Origin: an uncultured Candidatus Saccharibacteria bacterium
GTDB lineage: Bacteria; Patescibacteriota; Minisyncoccia; UBA6257; UBA9933
Assembly: GCA_964398445.1 (NCBI GenBank)
Contig: CAYNMK010000001.1
Span: forward strand, 1 to 59,253
Reading direction: 5' to 3'
Length of the DNA stretch: 59,253 nucleotides
This document shows, piece after piece, positions 46,464-55,261 of this stretch. Position 1 is the first letter of the stretch; each line of letters opens with the position of its first letter. The notes under the pieces were generated by a model. It was not told the DNA's origin and did not search any database. It saw only the letters and a program-made list of their open reading frames with translations. Made by a program: the position numbers and the translations under genes.

Positions 46464-46581
46464 ATAATCGCTAAATAGACGACAAATAACACGCTAAACC
46501 ATGCTAAACTTTTTTAGTTTCGTGTATGTTTCGTGTAGGCTGCGAAGCGGCACAAGTTTCGTGTTGGTTTTGCGCAAGTTT

Positions 46582-48468
46582 ATGGCATTAGAAGAATTAG
46601 AAAAAAAACTTTATCAACGCAATTCGCAAGCTGATAAAAATAAAGTTATTCCCGAAAAAGAAGGTCAAGCTAAAAAGAATCTAACTTCTTTTTCAAAAAA
46701 AGAATGGACCGAAGAAGGGTTAAAAACGCAAACAAATGAGCGATCAACAACGATTGTTTCAATGTTTAGCCATTATGGCAAAATTTTATTTTGGATTTTA
46801 TTGGCTGTATTTTTAGTAGTTAGCGGAATAGCTGGCTTTTATCTTTATAAATTTTTTACTGTTAAAGATATTAATCTCTCTGTAGGGGCGCCTCAAGAGG
46901 TCTTAATTGGTGTTCCTTTTGATTTAACGGTTAATTTTAGCAATAATTCTAATAATATTCTTCAGAATGCGATACTTTCAATAAGTTTGCCAATTGATTC
47001 AACCTTAACAGGTGATAATTTTGATAGGCGTGTTATTAGTAAAAACTTAGGTGATTTAGATATTGGCGTCGGTATTCGTGAAGAATTTTCAATTATTATC
47101 GTGGGCGAAGAGCGAACAATTAAACAGTTTGATGTATCTATGTCATATGCCTTAGAAGCTACATTAAAAACGCGTTTTGAAGAAGCTAAAAGCGTTGAAG
47201 TAATTGTCCGAGAGTCGGGAATTAAATTAGATTTAATAACTCCTCAAAGGGTTTTTAATAACGAAAAGTTTGATATAGAAATTCATTTTCAGAATGTATC
47301 AAATATAGATTTTTCTGGACTTGAATTAGAATTAACTTATCCGCCAAATTTTATTTTTAAAAAAGCAAGTATTCAACCCATAATTGGCAATAGGATTTGG
47401 AATTTAGGCAAGTTAAAGGAAAATTCTAAGGGAAACTTAATTATAAGCGGTAGTATTATTGGGCCGGAATTATCATTTTTTGAAATTAAAAGTTCTTTAG
47501 ATGTGGCTTTTTTAGGTCAAAAGTATTTAATTAATGAAAAATCTGCCAGTTTAAATATTGCCCCTTCTCCTCTTTCATTAGTGATTAGCGTTAATAACTA
47601 TGTTGATTATTTGGCTTCTCCTGGCGGATCCTTAAGATATGTTATTAATTATAGTAATGACACTGATATTGGATTAAAAGATGTTGTTATTAACGCGCAA
47701 TTAATTGGTGAAATGTTTGATTTTTTAACATTGGAAACTCAAGCTTTTTTTAATTCTTTAGACAAAACTCTTGTTTGGAATGTTGCCAATACTCCGGAAT
47801 TGCGATTTTTGAAGCCAGGCGCTTCGGGTTTTTTGGAATTTACAATAAAATTAAAACCTGATTATCCGATAAAAAGATTGTCGGATAGAAATTTTATTCT
47901 AAAAGTTCAGGCTGAAATTAATTCTCCTACAGTTCCGCATCAGGTGGTTGCTGACAGAACAGTTAGCGTGGCGAGTATTGAGACTAAAGTAATTGGCAAA
48001 ATTGCTATTGACGCTTATGCTTCTTTTGAAGAAGGAAATTGGCCGCCTAAGGCAAATGAGTCAACCAATCTTACTGTCCATTGGATAATTACTAATTTTT
48101 CAAATGATGTTTACGATATTGAAGTTAGGTCATTTTTGCAGTCTGGTATTACTTGGGTAGGCAAAGTAGAGAGCAATATTGAAAATCAGCCGTTTCATAA
48201 CGAAAGAACAGGAGAAATAATTTGGAAAATTGAAAGAATTCCGGCAACTAAAGGAATTATTGATGAGCCAATTAAAGCAACTTTTCAAATTAAAGCTGTG
48301 CCAAGCATTATTCAGGTTGGTTCTTATATGCCATTAATAAATAAAACATCTATTGTGGTAGTTGATGGATTTGTGAATTTGGAATTAAGAAATTTTGATA
48401 AATTCTTGTCTACTCAATTAATAGATGACCTTAAAATTGGTTCTGCCAGAGGAGAGGTGGTGCCATAA
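46582..48468 (+). CDS. hypothetical large membrane-anchored surface protein (repeated beta-sandwich-like segments)
   Basis: The track ORF starts at 46501; ATG 46582 (MALEELEKKLY) is preferred. One TM helix (ILFWILLAVFLVVSGIAGFYLY), then about 540 aa of beta-rich sequence with recurring patterns reminiscent of DUF11/CARDB-like folds. Unverified. Confidence 0.45.
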   Translation: MALEELEKKLYQRNSQADKNKVIPEKEGQAKKNLTSFSKKEWTEEGLKTQTNERSTTIVSMFSHYGKILFWILLAVFLVVSGIAGFYLYKFFTVKDINLSVGAPQEVLIGVPFDLTVNFSNNSNNILQNAILSISLPIDSTLTGDNFDRRVISKNLGDLDIGVGIREEFSIIIVGEERTIKQFDVSMSYALEATLKTRFEEAKSVEVIVRESGIKLDLITPQRVFNNEKFDIEIHFQNVSNIDFSGLELELTYPPNFIFKKASIQPIIGNRIWNLGKLKENSKGNLIISGSIIGPELSFFEIKSSLDVAFLGQKYLINEKSASLNIAPSPLSLVISVNNYVDYLASPGGSLRYVINYSNDTDIGLKDVVINAQLIGEMFDFLTLETQAFFNSLDKTLVWNVANTPELRFLKPGASGFLEFTIKLKPDYPIKRLSDRNFILKVQAEINSPTVPHQVVADRTVSVASIETKVIGKIAIDAYASFEEGNWPPKANESTNLTVHWIITNFSNDVYDIEVRSFLQSGITWVGKVESNIENQPFHNERTGEIIWKIERIPATKGIIDEPIKATFQIKAVPSIIQVGSYMPLINKTSIVVVDGFVNLELRNFDKFLSTQLIDDLKIGSARGEVVP

Positions 48469-48517
48469 AAATGTAAAAATTAAAAATCAAAATAAAAAAT
48501 TACATTTTAAATAAAAT

Positions 48518-49936
48518 ATGAATAATAATTTTTTAGGAAAACAGTCTGACTTAATGGAAAAAGTGGTTAGCTTGAGTAAGCGGCGGGGATTTATTTATCC
48601 TGGTTCGGAAATTTACGGTGGATTAAAAGGCACATGGGATTATGGTCCGCTTGGCTCTGAGCTTAAGTTTAATATTAAACAAGAATGGTGGAAAACAATA
48701 GTTAGGGACAGAGATGATATTGTTGGAATGAGCGCTTCTATACTGATGAATCCCAGAGTCTGGGAAGCGTCTGGCCATATTGACGGTTTTAGCGACCCTT
48801 TAATAGAATGTAAAATTTGCCATCAAAGATTTAAAGCGGACCAAAAAGATATGGTTGCGGAACATGAAAAATGGCATAAGGAAAAAAAAGAAAAAATAGA
48901 TTGGACCGAAGAAAAAAAATTCAATTTAATGGTTGAGGCAAAACTAGGAGTGGTTGAAGGAGAAAAAAACACTACTTATTTAAGAGGCGAAATAACGCAA
49001 GGAGTTCATGTGAATTTTAAAAATATTTTAAACAGCTCGCGCCTTAAAATTCCTTTTGGCGTGGCGCAGATTGGCAAAGCGTTCCGCAATGAAATTACGC
49101 CTGGTAATTTTACTTACAGGTCAATTGAATTTGAGCAAATGGAGCTTCAGTATTATATTAAACAGGATAAAAAAGAAGGAAAGAAATGGTTTGAATACTG
49201 GAAAGCCGAAAGAATGAAATGGTATAAAAATCTGGGAATAAAAAAAGAAAATTTAAGATTCAGGGAGCACGAGCCGAATGAGCTGGTGCATTACGCGAAA
49301 GCGGCATGGGACATTGAATATAATGCGCCATTTGGCTGGAAAGAATGCGAAGGCATACATCATCGCGGCGACTGGGATTTATCGCGGCATCAGAAATTTT
49401 CTAATCAAGATATGTCTTATTTTGATGAAGAAACAAAAGAAAGATACATTCCGCGGGTAATTGAAACATCAGGCGGAGTTGATAGGGCGGCATTATTTTT
49501 TTTAATAGACGCTTATTCAGAGGAAAAAGACCCCGCAAAAAATGGGGCAAGCAGAATAATTTTAAAGTTAAATTCTAAGCTCGCGCCATATAAGGCAGCT
49601 GTGTTTCCGCTTTTGGCAAACAAGCCGGAATTAGTTAAAAAAGCTCGCGAAGTTTATAAAATATTAAAATTTAATAATCAAAATTCAGCAGCTGGCAGTT
49701 TTAATGTTGCGTGGGATGAGCGCGGGAATATAGGCAAGCGTTATTATTCGCAGGATGAGATTGGAACTGTTTTGTCAGTTACCATAGATTTTCAAACATT
49801 AGAAGACAAAACAATAACATTAAGAGACAGAGATACAGCAAAACAAATAAGAGTTTCAATTTTGGAATTGCCAGAAATAGTTTATAAGATTATTAATGGA
49901 GGAGAATTTTTAAGTTTCGGGAAATTAGTTAAATAA
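48518..49936 (+). CDS. glyQS: glycine--tRNA ligase (class II, alpha2 type)
   Basis: 472 aa. RRGFIYPGSEIYGGL..TWDYGPLG, the FRNEI motif and an anticodon-binding C-terminus. Confidence 0.9.
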   Translation: MNNNFLGKQSDLMEKVVSLSKRRGFIYPGSEIYGGLKGTWDYGPLGSELKFNIKQEWWKTIVRDRDDIVGMSASILMNPRVWEASGHIDGFSDPLIECKICHQRFKADQKDMVAEHEKWHKEKKEKIDWTEEKKFNLMVEAKLGVVEGEKNTTYLRGEITQGVHVNFKNILNSSRLKIPFGVAQIGKAFRNEITPGNFTYRSIEFEQMELQYYIKQDKKEGKKWFEYWKAERMKWYKNLGIKKENLRFREHEPNELVHYAKAAWDIEYNAPFGWKECEGIHHRGDWDLSRHQKFSNQDMSYFDEETKERYIPRVIETSGGVDRAALFFLIDAYSEEKDPAKNGASRIILKLNSKLAPYKAAVFPLLANKPELVKKAREVYKILKFNNQNSAAGSFNVAWDERGNIGKRYYSQDEIGTVLSVTIDFQTLEDKTITLRDRDTAKQIRVSILELPEIVYKIINGGEFLSFGKLVK

Positions 49937-50002
49937 TTTACAGTAATTTTTTTGTTGGTTTTTACGTTTTTAAAAATTTTTATAAAATTAAATATAAGAA
50001 AT

Positions 50003-50207
50003 CGTAGCGTTGTTTACACTTTTCGCGCCTGAATATTCCGAACGCGTCCTGAGCGTTACCCCAAAGTTCGCAGCCATTTTTTCCAGGAGCGTAGCGTCCC
50101 TTTATGGCTGGGAAAAATGGTGTTAAGCGAACGAGGCTGGTAGCGAAGGCAAGAGAAGAATTGTTCAGGTGGGGAAAGTTCAAAGACACACTGTAAACAA
50201 CGCTCGG
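50003..50207 (+). ncRNA. structured RNA candidate with 6S-like rod / central-bubble architecture
   Basis: 48% G+C (96/200, hand count over 50001-50200) in a roughly 30% background. Closing stem 50006-50018/50192-50204 (13 bp). Second stem 50019-50033/50164-50178 (14 of 15 paired). About 30 nt unpaired on each side (50034-50065, 50133-50163). Terminal arm 50066-50071/50127-50132 plus 50074-50086/50108-50120. All three wobble pairs are G-U on the plus strand. A T5 run lies at 50210-50214 and a -10-like TATAAG at 49993-49998. Confidence 0.45.
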
Positions 50208-50263
50208 GATTTTTATAAAAATTAAAATTTAAAATATAAATAGGAATTTTAATAACAAAAACT

Positions 50264-51166
50264 ATGCTAAAACTTAATTTAAAACAATTAATAAAAGTGG
50301 CCGTTGTTGGCGAAGTGGCTAGTCCGCTTTTAAGGCAGGATTATCAGGTGAGTCATGAAGGTAGTCCATTTAATTTGCCTAGTATCGGCGGCATTACTTA
50401 TAATGTAAAAATTGGTGACTTAGTAATGGGTTGGGCCGGAGATCATATTGAGCCAGGCGTAAGCACTTACAATAAAGAAAGTAGAGGCAGTGGAGATTTT
50501 AGAAATTCAAGTGAAAACATCGGATATAATGTTCTTTCTTCCATTGGTAATGTCGCCACCCTTATTACGGGCAAAGCAAAAAATAAAAAAGGAATAATAA
50601 CTGGAACACATGGCGGCGCAGAGCATGTTTTAATGGATTTTTCGGACGATATTCTTAAAAAACTTGTTTATGGGGACAAGGTTCAAGTTGTGGCATTTGG
50701 TTTGGGATTGTCAATTCTTGATTGCTTAGAGATTAAAATTTTTAATTTAGATCCGGGTCTTTTGCTAAAAATTAAACCAAAATTTAATCACGAAAAGAAA
50801 TTGGAATTTCCAGTGGTCGCAAAAATCCCTCCTTATTTAATGGGCTCTGGATTAGGGCACGGTTCAGTTGTAAGCGGTGATTACGACATCACAATGGCTG
50901 ATGAAAAAATTACCAAAAAATTAGGATTAGATAAATTAAGATTTGGAGATATTGTGGCTATTGAAGATACGGATAATACTTTTGGTAGAACCTTTAGGCC
51001 AGATGCGGTTACTATTGGCGTGGTTGTTCATTCGGATTGTGTTTTAGCTGGCCATGGTCCTGGCGTTACTACAATTTTAACCTCAAGGCAGGGCAAAATT
51101 AAACCAATAATCGATAAGAACGCTAATATTGGTTATTATTTAAAACTCGGCCGTTGGAGGAAATAA
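50264..51166 (+). CDS. conserved hypothetical protein (possibly DUF4438-like, unverified)
   Basis: 300-aa soluble, Gly-rich, beta-rich protein with no motif I can name confidently. Lies immediately downstream of the structured RNA candidate. Confidence 0.45.
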   Translation: MLKLNLKQLIKVAVVGEVASPLLRQDYQVSHEGSPFNLPSIGGITYNVKIGDLVMGWAGDHIEPGVSTYNKESRGSGDFRNSSENIGYNVLSSIGNVATLITGKAKNKKGIITGTHGGAEHVLMDFSDDILKKLVYGDKVQVVAFGLGLSILDCLEIKIFNLDPGLLLKIKPKFNHEKKLEFPVVAKIPPYLMGSGLGHGSVVSGDYDITMADEKITKKLGLDKLRFGDIVAIEDTDNTFGRTFRPDAVTIGVVVHSDCVLAGHGPGVTTILTSRQGKIKPIIDKNANIGYYLKLGRWRK

Positions 51167-51343
51167 TATTTACTTAAAAGCAGGGCTATTAAACAGATAC
51201 ATAAGATAATAATATAAATATGCGCAGAAGCATTTTTTTAAAATAAAAATTATTGCCTTAAGTTTTGTTTTATGTTTTAATATTTATATTAATCTTCAAG
51301 TTCATATAAGAAGTTTATTATTTATTTAATTTCTTTAGTTAAT

Positions 51344-52615
51344 ATGGGTGAAATTCAAAAAATAACTTTAGATAATGGTTTAAGGATGATTTTAGCGCCA
51401 CAGGCGCAAAATTTAGCGGCTACGGTTTTGGTTTTAGTTGAAACTGGCACAAAATATGAAATTAAAAAAATCAATGGACTTTCTCATTTTCTTGAGCATA
51501 TGTGTTTCAAGGGAACAAAAAAAAGGCCAAAACCCATTGACATTAGTTCGGAATTAGAAAGCATTGGCGCCGAATATAATGCTTTTACCGGGATGGAATA
51601 TACTGGCTATTATGCGAAGGCTCAGTCAAGACATTTTGATAAAATTTTAGATGTGATTTCTGATATGTATCTTAATCCAATTTTTAAACCAGCAGAAATT
51701 GATAAAGAACGAGGAGTGATTATTGAAGAAATAAATATGTATGAGGATTTACCTATGCGTCAAGTTGGAATTTTATTTATGAATTTATTGTATGGTGATC
51801 AGCCGGCTGGGTGGGATACGCTTGGGGAAAAAGAAATAATTCAAAAATTAACCAAAAAAGATTTTTTAAAATATCGAAAAGAACACTATGTTGCCAATGG
51901 CACTGTTATTATTGTAAGCGGTAATTTTAATGAAAAAAAAGTTGTTAAACAAATTCAAAGCGCTTTTAAGGGAATTATTTCTGAAAAAAAATTTGGCAAA
52001 ATAAAAGTTAAGGAATCGCAAAGTAATCCGGCAGTTTTATTGAAATTTAAACAAACTGATCAAACGCATTTAATTTTAGGAGTCAGGGCTTTTGATATTT
52101 TTGACGAACGTAGATATGTCTTACAGATTTTATCAGGAATTTTAGGCAGCGGAATGAGTTCGCGGCTTTTTCAAAAAATTAGAGGGAAAATGGGAGCAGC
52201 TTATTATGTGAGGGCCGGAATTGACCTTTTTACAGACCACGGTTACTTAGATGTTTCAGCAGGAATTGATAAGAATAAAATTGAACAGGTTATTGAAGCG
52301 ATTCTTAAAGAATTTAAATTTTTAATTAAAAAGCCTGTGGGCAATAAAGAGCTTCAGCGGGTTAAAGATAATTTAATCGGTAATTTAATCCTTGGATTAG
52401 AAACCTCTGACGCAATAGCTTCTTTTTATGGGGATCAAGAAATTATTGCTAAACAAATAATTTCTCCGGAAGAATTGATAAAAAAAATTCAGTCTGTTAA
52501 AGCTGAAGAAATTATGGCGACGGCTAAGAGAATTTTTCAAAATAATAGATTAAATCTTGCAATCATAGGGCCATTTGAAAATAAGGAAAAATTTGAAGAG
52601 TTACTTAAATTATAA
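51344..52615 (+). CDS. M16 family zinc metallopeptidase (pitrilysin-like)
   Basis: 423 aa with the inverted zinc motif HFLEH followed by a downstream Glu (EYNAFT region). Confidence 0.85.
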   Translation: MGEIQKITLDNGLRMILAPQAQNLAATVLVLVETGTKYEIKKINGLSHFLEHMCFKGTKKRPKPIDISSELESIGAEYNAFTGMEYTGYYAKAQSRHFDKILDVISDMYLNPIFKPAEIDKERGVIIEEINMYEDLPMRQVGILFMNLLYGDQPAGWDTLGEKEIIQKLTKKDFLKYRKEHYVANGTVIIVSGNFNEKKVVKQIQSAFKGIISEKKFGKIKVKESQSNPAVLLKFKQTDQTHLILGVRAFDIFDERRYVLQILSGILGSGMSSRLFQKIRGKMGAAYYVRAGIDLFTDHGYLDVSAGIDKNKIEQVIEAILKEFKFLIKKPVGNKELQRVKDNLIGNLILGLETSDAIASFYGDQEIIAKQIISPEELIKKIQSVKAEEIMATAKRIFQNNRLNLAIIGPFENKEKFEELLKL

Positions 52616-52706
52616 TATGATATCCTAAACAAGGATGATATATAAAAAATCTCGAATGTTGTTTATAATAATATTAAGGATGTTTATATATAAATAGACT
52701 AAGAAT

Positions 52707-53711
52707 ATGAATAATTTTGAAATTACATGGGCATCGCTTTGGCGAATTTTCTTTATGTTGCTTTTGGTGATTACTTTTGTGTTGGCAAAAGAAGCGATAG
52801 TTATTCTTTTCTTAGCGCTGATTATTTCTTCGGCTATTGATTCACCGATTAATTATTTAGAGCGTAAAAAAATTCCAAGGATTTTAGGAACATTGATAAT
52901 TTTTTTAATTGGTTTTTCAATTTTATTTTTGATTTTATATGCTATCGCGCCAATTATTTTTTTTGAATTAAAAGACCTTATAAAGAGTTTTGGCGGATTA
53001 GAAATACCGATATTTGAAAATCTTGGCGTGCCTCAGATACTTGAACAGCTTGAAAAAGGGTTTAGTGATTTTGCTGAAGCTTTACTAGTTGGTGGCGCCT
53101 CTGTTTTTGGCATAATTACTTCAATTTTCGGTGGCGTTGTTTTTGTATTAACTGCTTTTGTTTTGTCTTTTTATCTTGCGGCAAGTAGGAATGGAGTAGA
53201 AAAATTTTTAAAAGTGATTTTGCCGAATGCTTATGAAAGGCGCGTTATTAGTGTCTATGTTAAGGCTAAAACAAGGATGGGTCTCTGGCTTCAGGGGCAA
53301 ATTTTTTTAAGTGTAATTGTTGGAACAATAACCGCTTTGGGATTGTGGATTTTAGGAGTTGACCACAGTTTGTTATTAGGGGTTTTAGCGGGCGTTTTTG
53401 AAATAGTTCCTTTTGTTGGCCCGATTTTTGCCGGTCTTTTAGCGTTTATGGTAGCTATTACCACTTCTTTAGAGCTGGGCATTTATGTGCTTATATTTTT
53501 TATAATAGTTCAGCAATTAGAAAGTCATATTTTAGTTCCATTTGTTATGAAACGAACAGTTGAGCTTCATCCTGTAATTGTTGTTATTTCTTTAGTGGCA
53601 GGATCTCAGATAGCTGGTTTTATAGGAATAATTTTAGCAATTCCAGCGGCAGTGATTTTGCAGGAAATTGTTGAAGACTGGTCAGAGCGCAAACAGCATA
53701 AATTAATTTAA
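52707..53711 (+). CDS. AI-2E family transporter (PerM-like permease)
   Basis: 334 aa with about 8 TM helices and the conserved segment LLGVLAGVFEIVPFVGPIFAG. Confidence 0.8.
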   Translation: MNNFEITWASLWRIFFMLLLVITFVLAKEAIVILFLALIISSAIDSPINYLERKKIPRILGTLIIFLIGFSILFLILYAIAPIIFFELKDLIKSFGGLEIPIFENLGVPQILEQLEKGFSDFAEALLVGGASVFGIITSIFGGVVFVLTAFVLSFYLAASRNGVEKFLKVILPNAYERRVISVYVKAKTRMGLWLQGQIFLSVIVGTITALGLWILGVDHSLLLGVLAGVFEIVPFVGPIFAGLLAFMVAITTSLELGIYVLIFFIIVQQLESHILVPFVMKRTVELHPVIVVISLVAGSQIAGFIGIILAIPAAVILQEIVEDWSERKQHKLI

Positions 53712-53716
53712 GTTTA

Positions 53717-55198
53717 ATGTTTAAAAAGTTTTACCTTACAACGGCTATTGCCTATGTTAATGCCCCGCCGCACTTGGGGCATGTTTTGCAGTTTGTTAGG
53801 ACAGATGTTTTGGCGCGTTATTATCGTTTAAAAGGAAATGATGTATTTTTTTTGACTGGGACTGATGAATATGGTTCAAAACTTTTTAAAGCAGCAAAGA
53901 AGCAAAATATTTCTCCTAAAAAATTAGCTGATAAAAATGCGGCTAAATTTAAAGAAATTCACAAATTATTAAATGTTTCTTATAATGAATTTATTAGAAC
54001 TACTGATAAAAAAAAGCATTGGCCAGGCGTGCATTTTATCTGGAATAAATTAAAAGAAAAGGGCGATTTATATCAAGCTAAATATAGCGGTTATTATTGT
54101 GGCGGATGCGAAGCGTATTTGACTAAAAAGGACTTGGTTGACGGGGAATGCGTTTATCATAATAAGGCGCCAGAGTTTTTAGATGAAGAAAATTATTTTT
54201 TTAGATTATCTAAATATTCTGCTAAACTTTTGAAGATAATTAAAAATAATGAAATTGAAATTATTCCGGCTTCGCGAAAAAAAGAAGCATTGAATATTAT
54301 TAATAGCGAACTTAAGGATGTGAGTTTTTCTCGTCCAAAGGCAACTTTGCCATGGGGCATTACGGTCCCTGGAGATGATCAGCAGATAATTTATGTTTGG
54401 TGCGATGCTTTAATAAATTATATTTCAGCCCTTGGCTACGGAAGCAAAGATTTGAAAAAATTTAAAAAATATTGGCCAGCTGATATACATATTTTAGGTA
54501 AAGATAATTTAAAATTTCATGCTATATATTGGCCTGCCATATTATTGTCAGCTGGTTTACCATTGCCAAAAAAAATATATATTCATGGTTTTATTGTTTC
54601 TGATGGGCAAAAAATGTCAAAAAGTTTAGGAAATGTTGTTGATCCATTTAAATTAATTCAAAGATACGGGGCAGATGCTGTTAGGTATTTTCTTTTGCGT
54701 GAAATTCCAGCTTATGAAGATGGCGATTTTACTGAACAGAAATTTAGAGAGCGCTATAATGGAGAGCTTGCCAATGGCTTGGGGAATTTTGCAGCTCGTG
54801 TTTTAACGCTTGCTACGCGTGATTTGAAATCACTTACTTGCCGACAACTTGAGTCGCAGGCGATGACATTTAAAGTAGAAAAAATAATTTTTCAAAAAAT
54901 AAAACAAACTCAAAAAGCGGTTGCTCAAAAATTATTAGAATTTAAATTTAATGAAGCTTTAGCAGTAATCTGGAATTTAATAAGTTTTGGCGACAAATAT
55001 GTGAACCAAAATAAGCCATGGGAAAAAGGCGATAAAAATAGAGAAGTCAAAAACAAAAAGACAATTACTAATTTGATGCTTATTTTAAGTAATGTAGCTG
55101 AACTTTTAAAGCCTTTTCTTCCAGAAACTTCTGAAAAAATTTCTCAAAACATTAAACGGCAAGGCAAAAAATGTCCAATTTTATTTCCAAAAATTTAA
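53717..55198 (+). CDS. metG: methionine--tRNA ligase (short form)
   Basis: 493 aa. HIGH-type motif PPHLGH, zinc knuckle CGGCEAY..C and the KMSKS motif. No C-terminal tRNA-binding appendix. Confidence 0.95.
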   Translation: MFKKFYLTTAIAYVNAPPHLGHVLQFVRTDVLARYYRLKGNDVFFLTGTDEYGSKLFKAAKKQNISPKKLADKNAAKFKEIHKLLNVSYNEFIRTTDKKKHWPGVHFIWNKLKEKGDLYQAKYSGYYCGGCEAYLTKKDLVDGECVYHNKAPEFLDEENYFFRLSKYSAKLLKIIKNNEIEIIPASRKKEALNIINSELKDVSFSRPKATLPWGITVPGDDQQIIYVWCDALINYISALGYGSKDLKKFKKYWPADIHILGKDNLKFHAIYWPAILLSAGLPLPKKIYIHGFIVSDGQKMSKSLGNVVDPFKLIQRYGADAVRYFLLREIPAYEDGDFTEQKFRERYNGELANGLGNFAARVLTLATRDLKSLTCRQLESQAMTFKVEKIIFQKIKQTQKAVAQKLLEFKFNEALAVIWNLISFGDKYVNQNKPWEKGDKNREVKNKKTITNLMLILSNVAELLKPFLPETSEKISQNIKRQGKKCPILFPKI

Positions 55199-55261
55199 TT
55201 TAAACATTTTATATATTAGACCTACTGTGTAATACCTTTTTATTCTTACTATTAAAGAAAT

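Noticed and set aside
49980-50189. 69-aa minus-strand ORF in the track.
   Set aside because: It lies entirely within the GC-rich structured region. It has no SD-like sequence, and its translation (..RYAPGKNGCELWGNAQDAFGIFRREKCKQRYDF..) does not look protein-like. An RNA explanation fits better.
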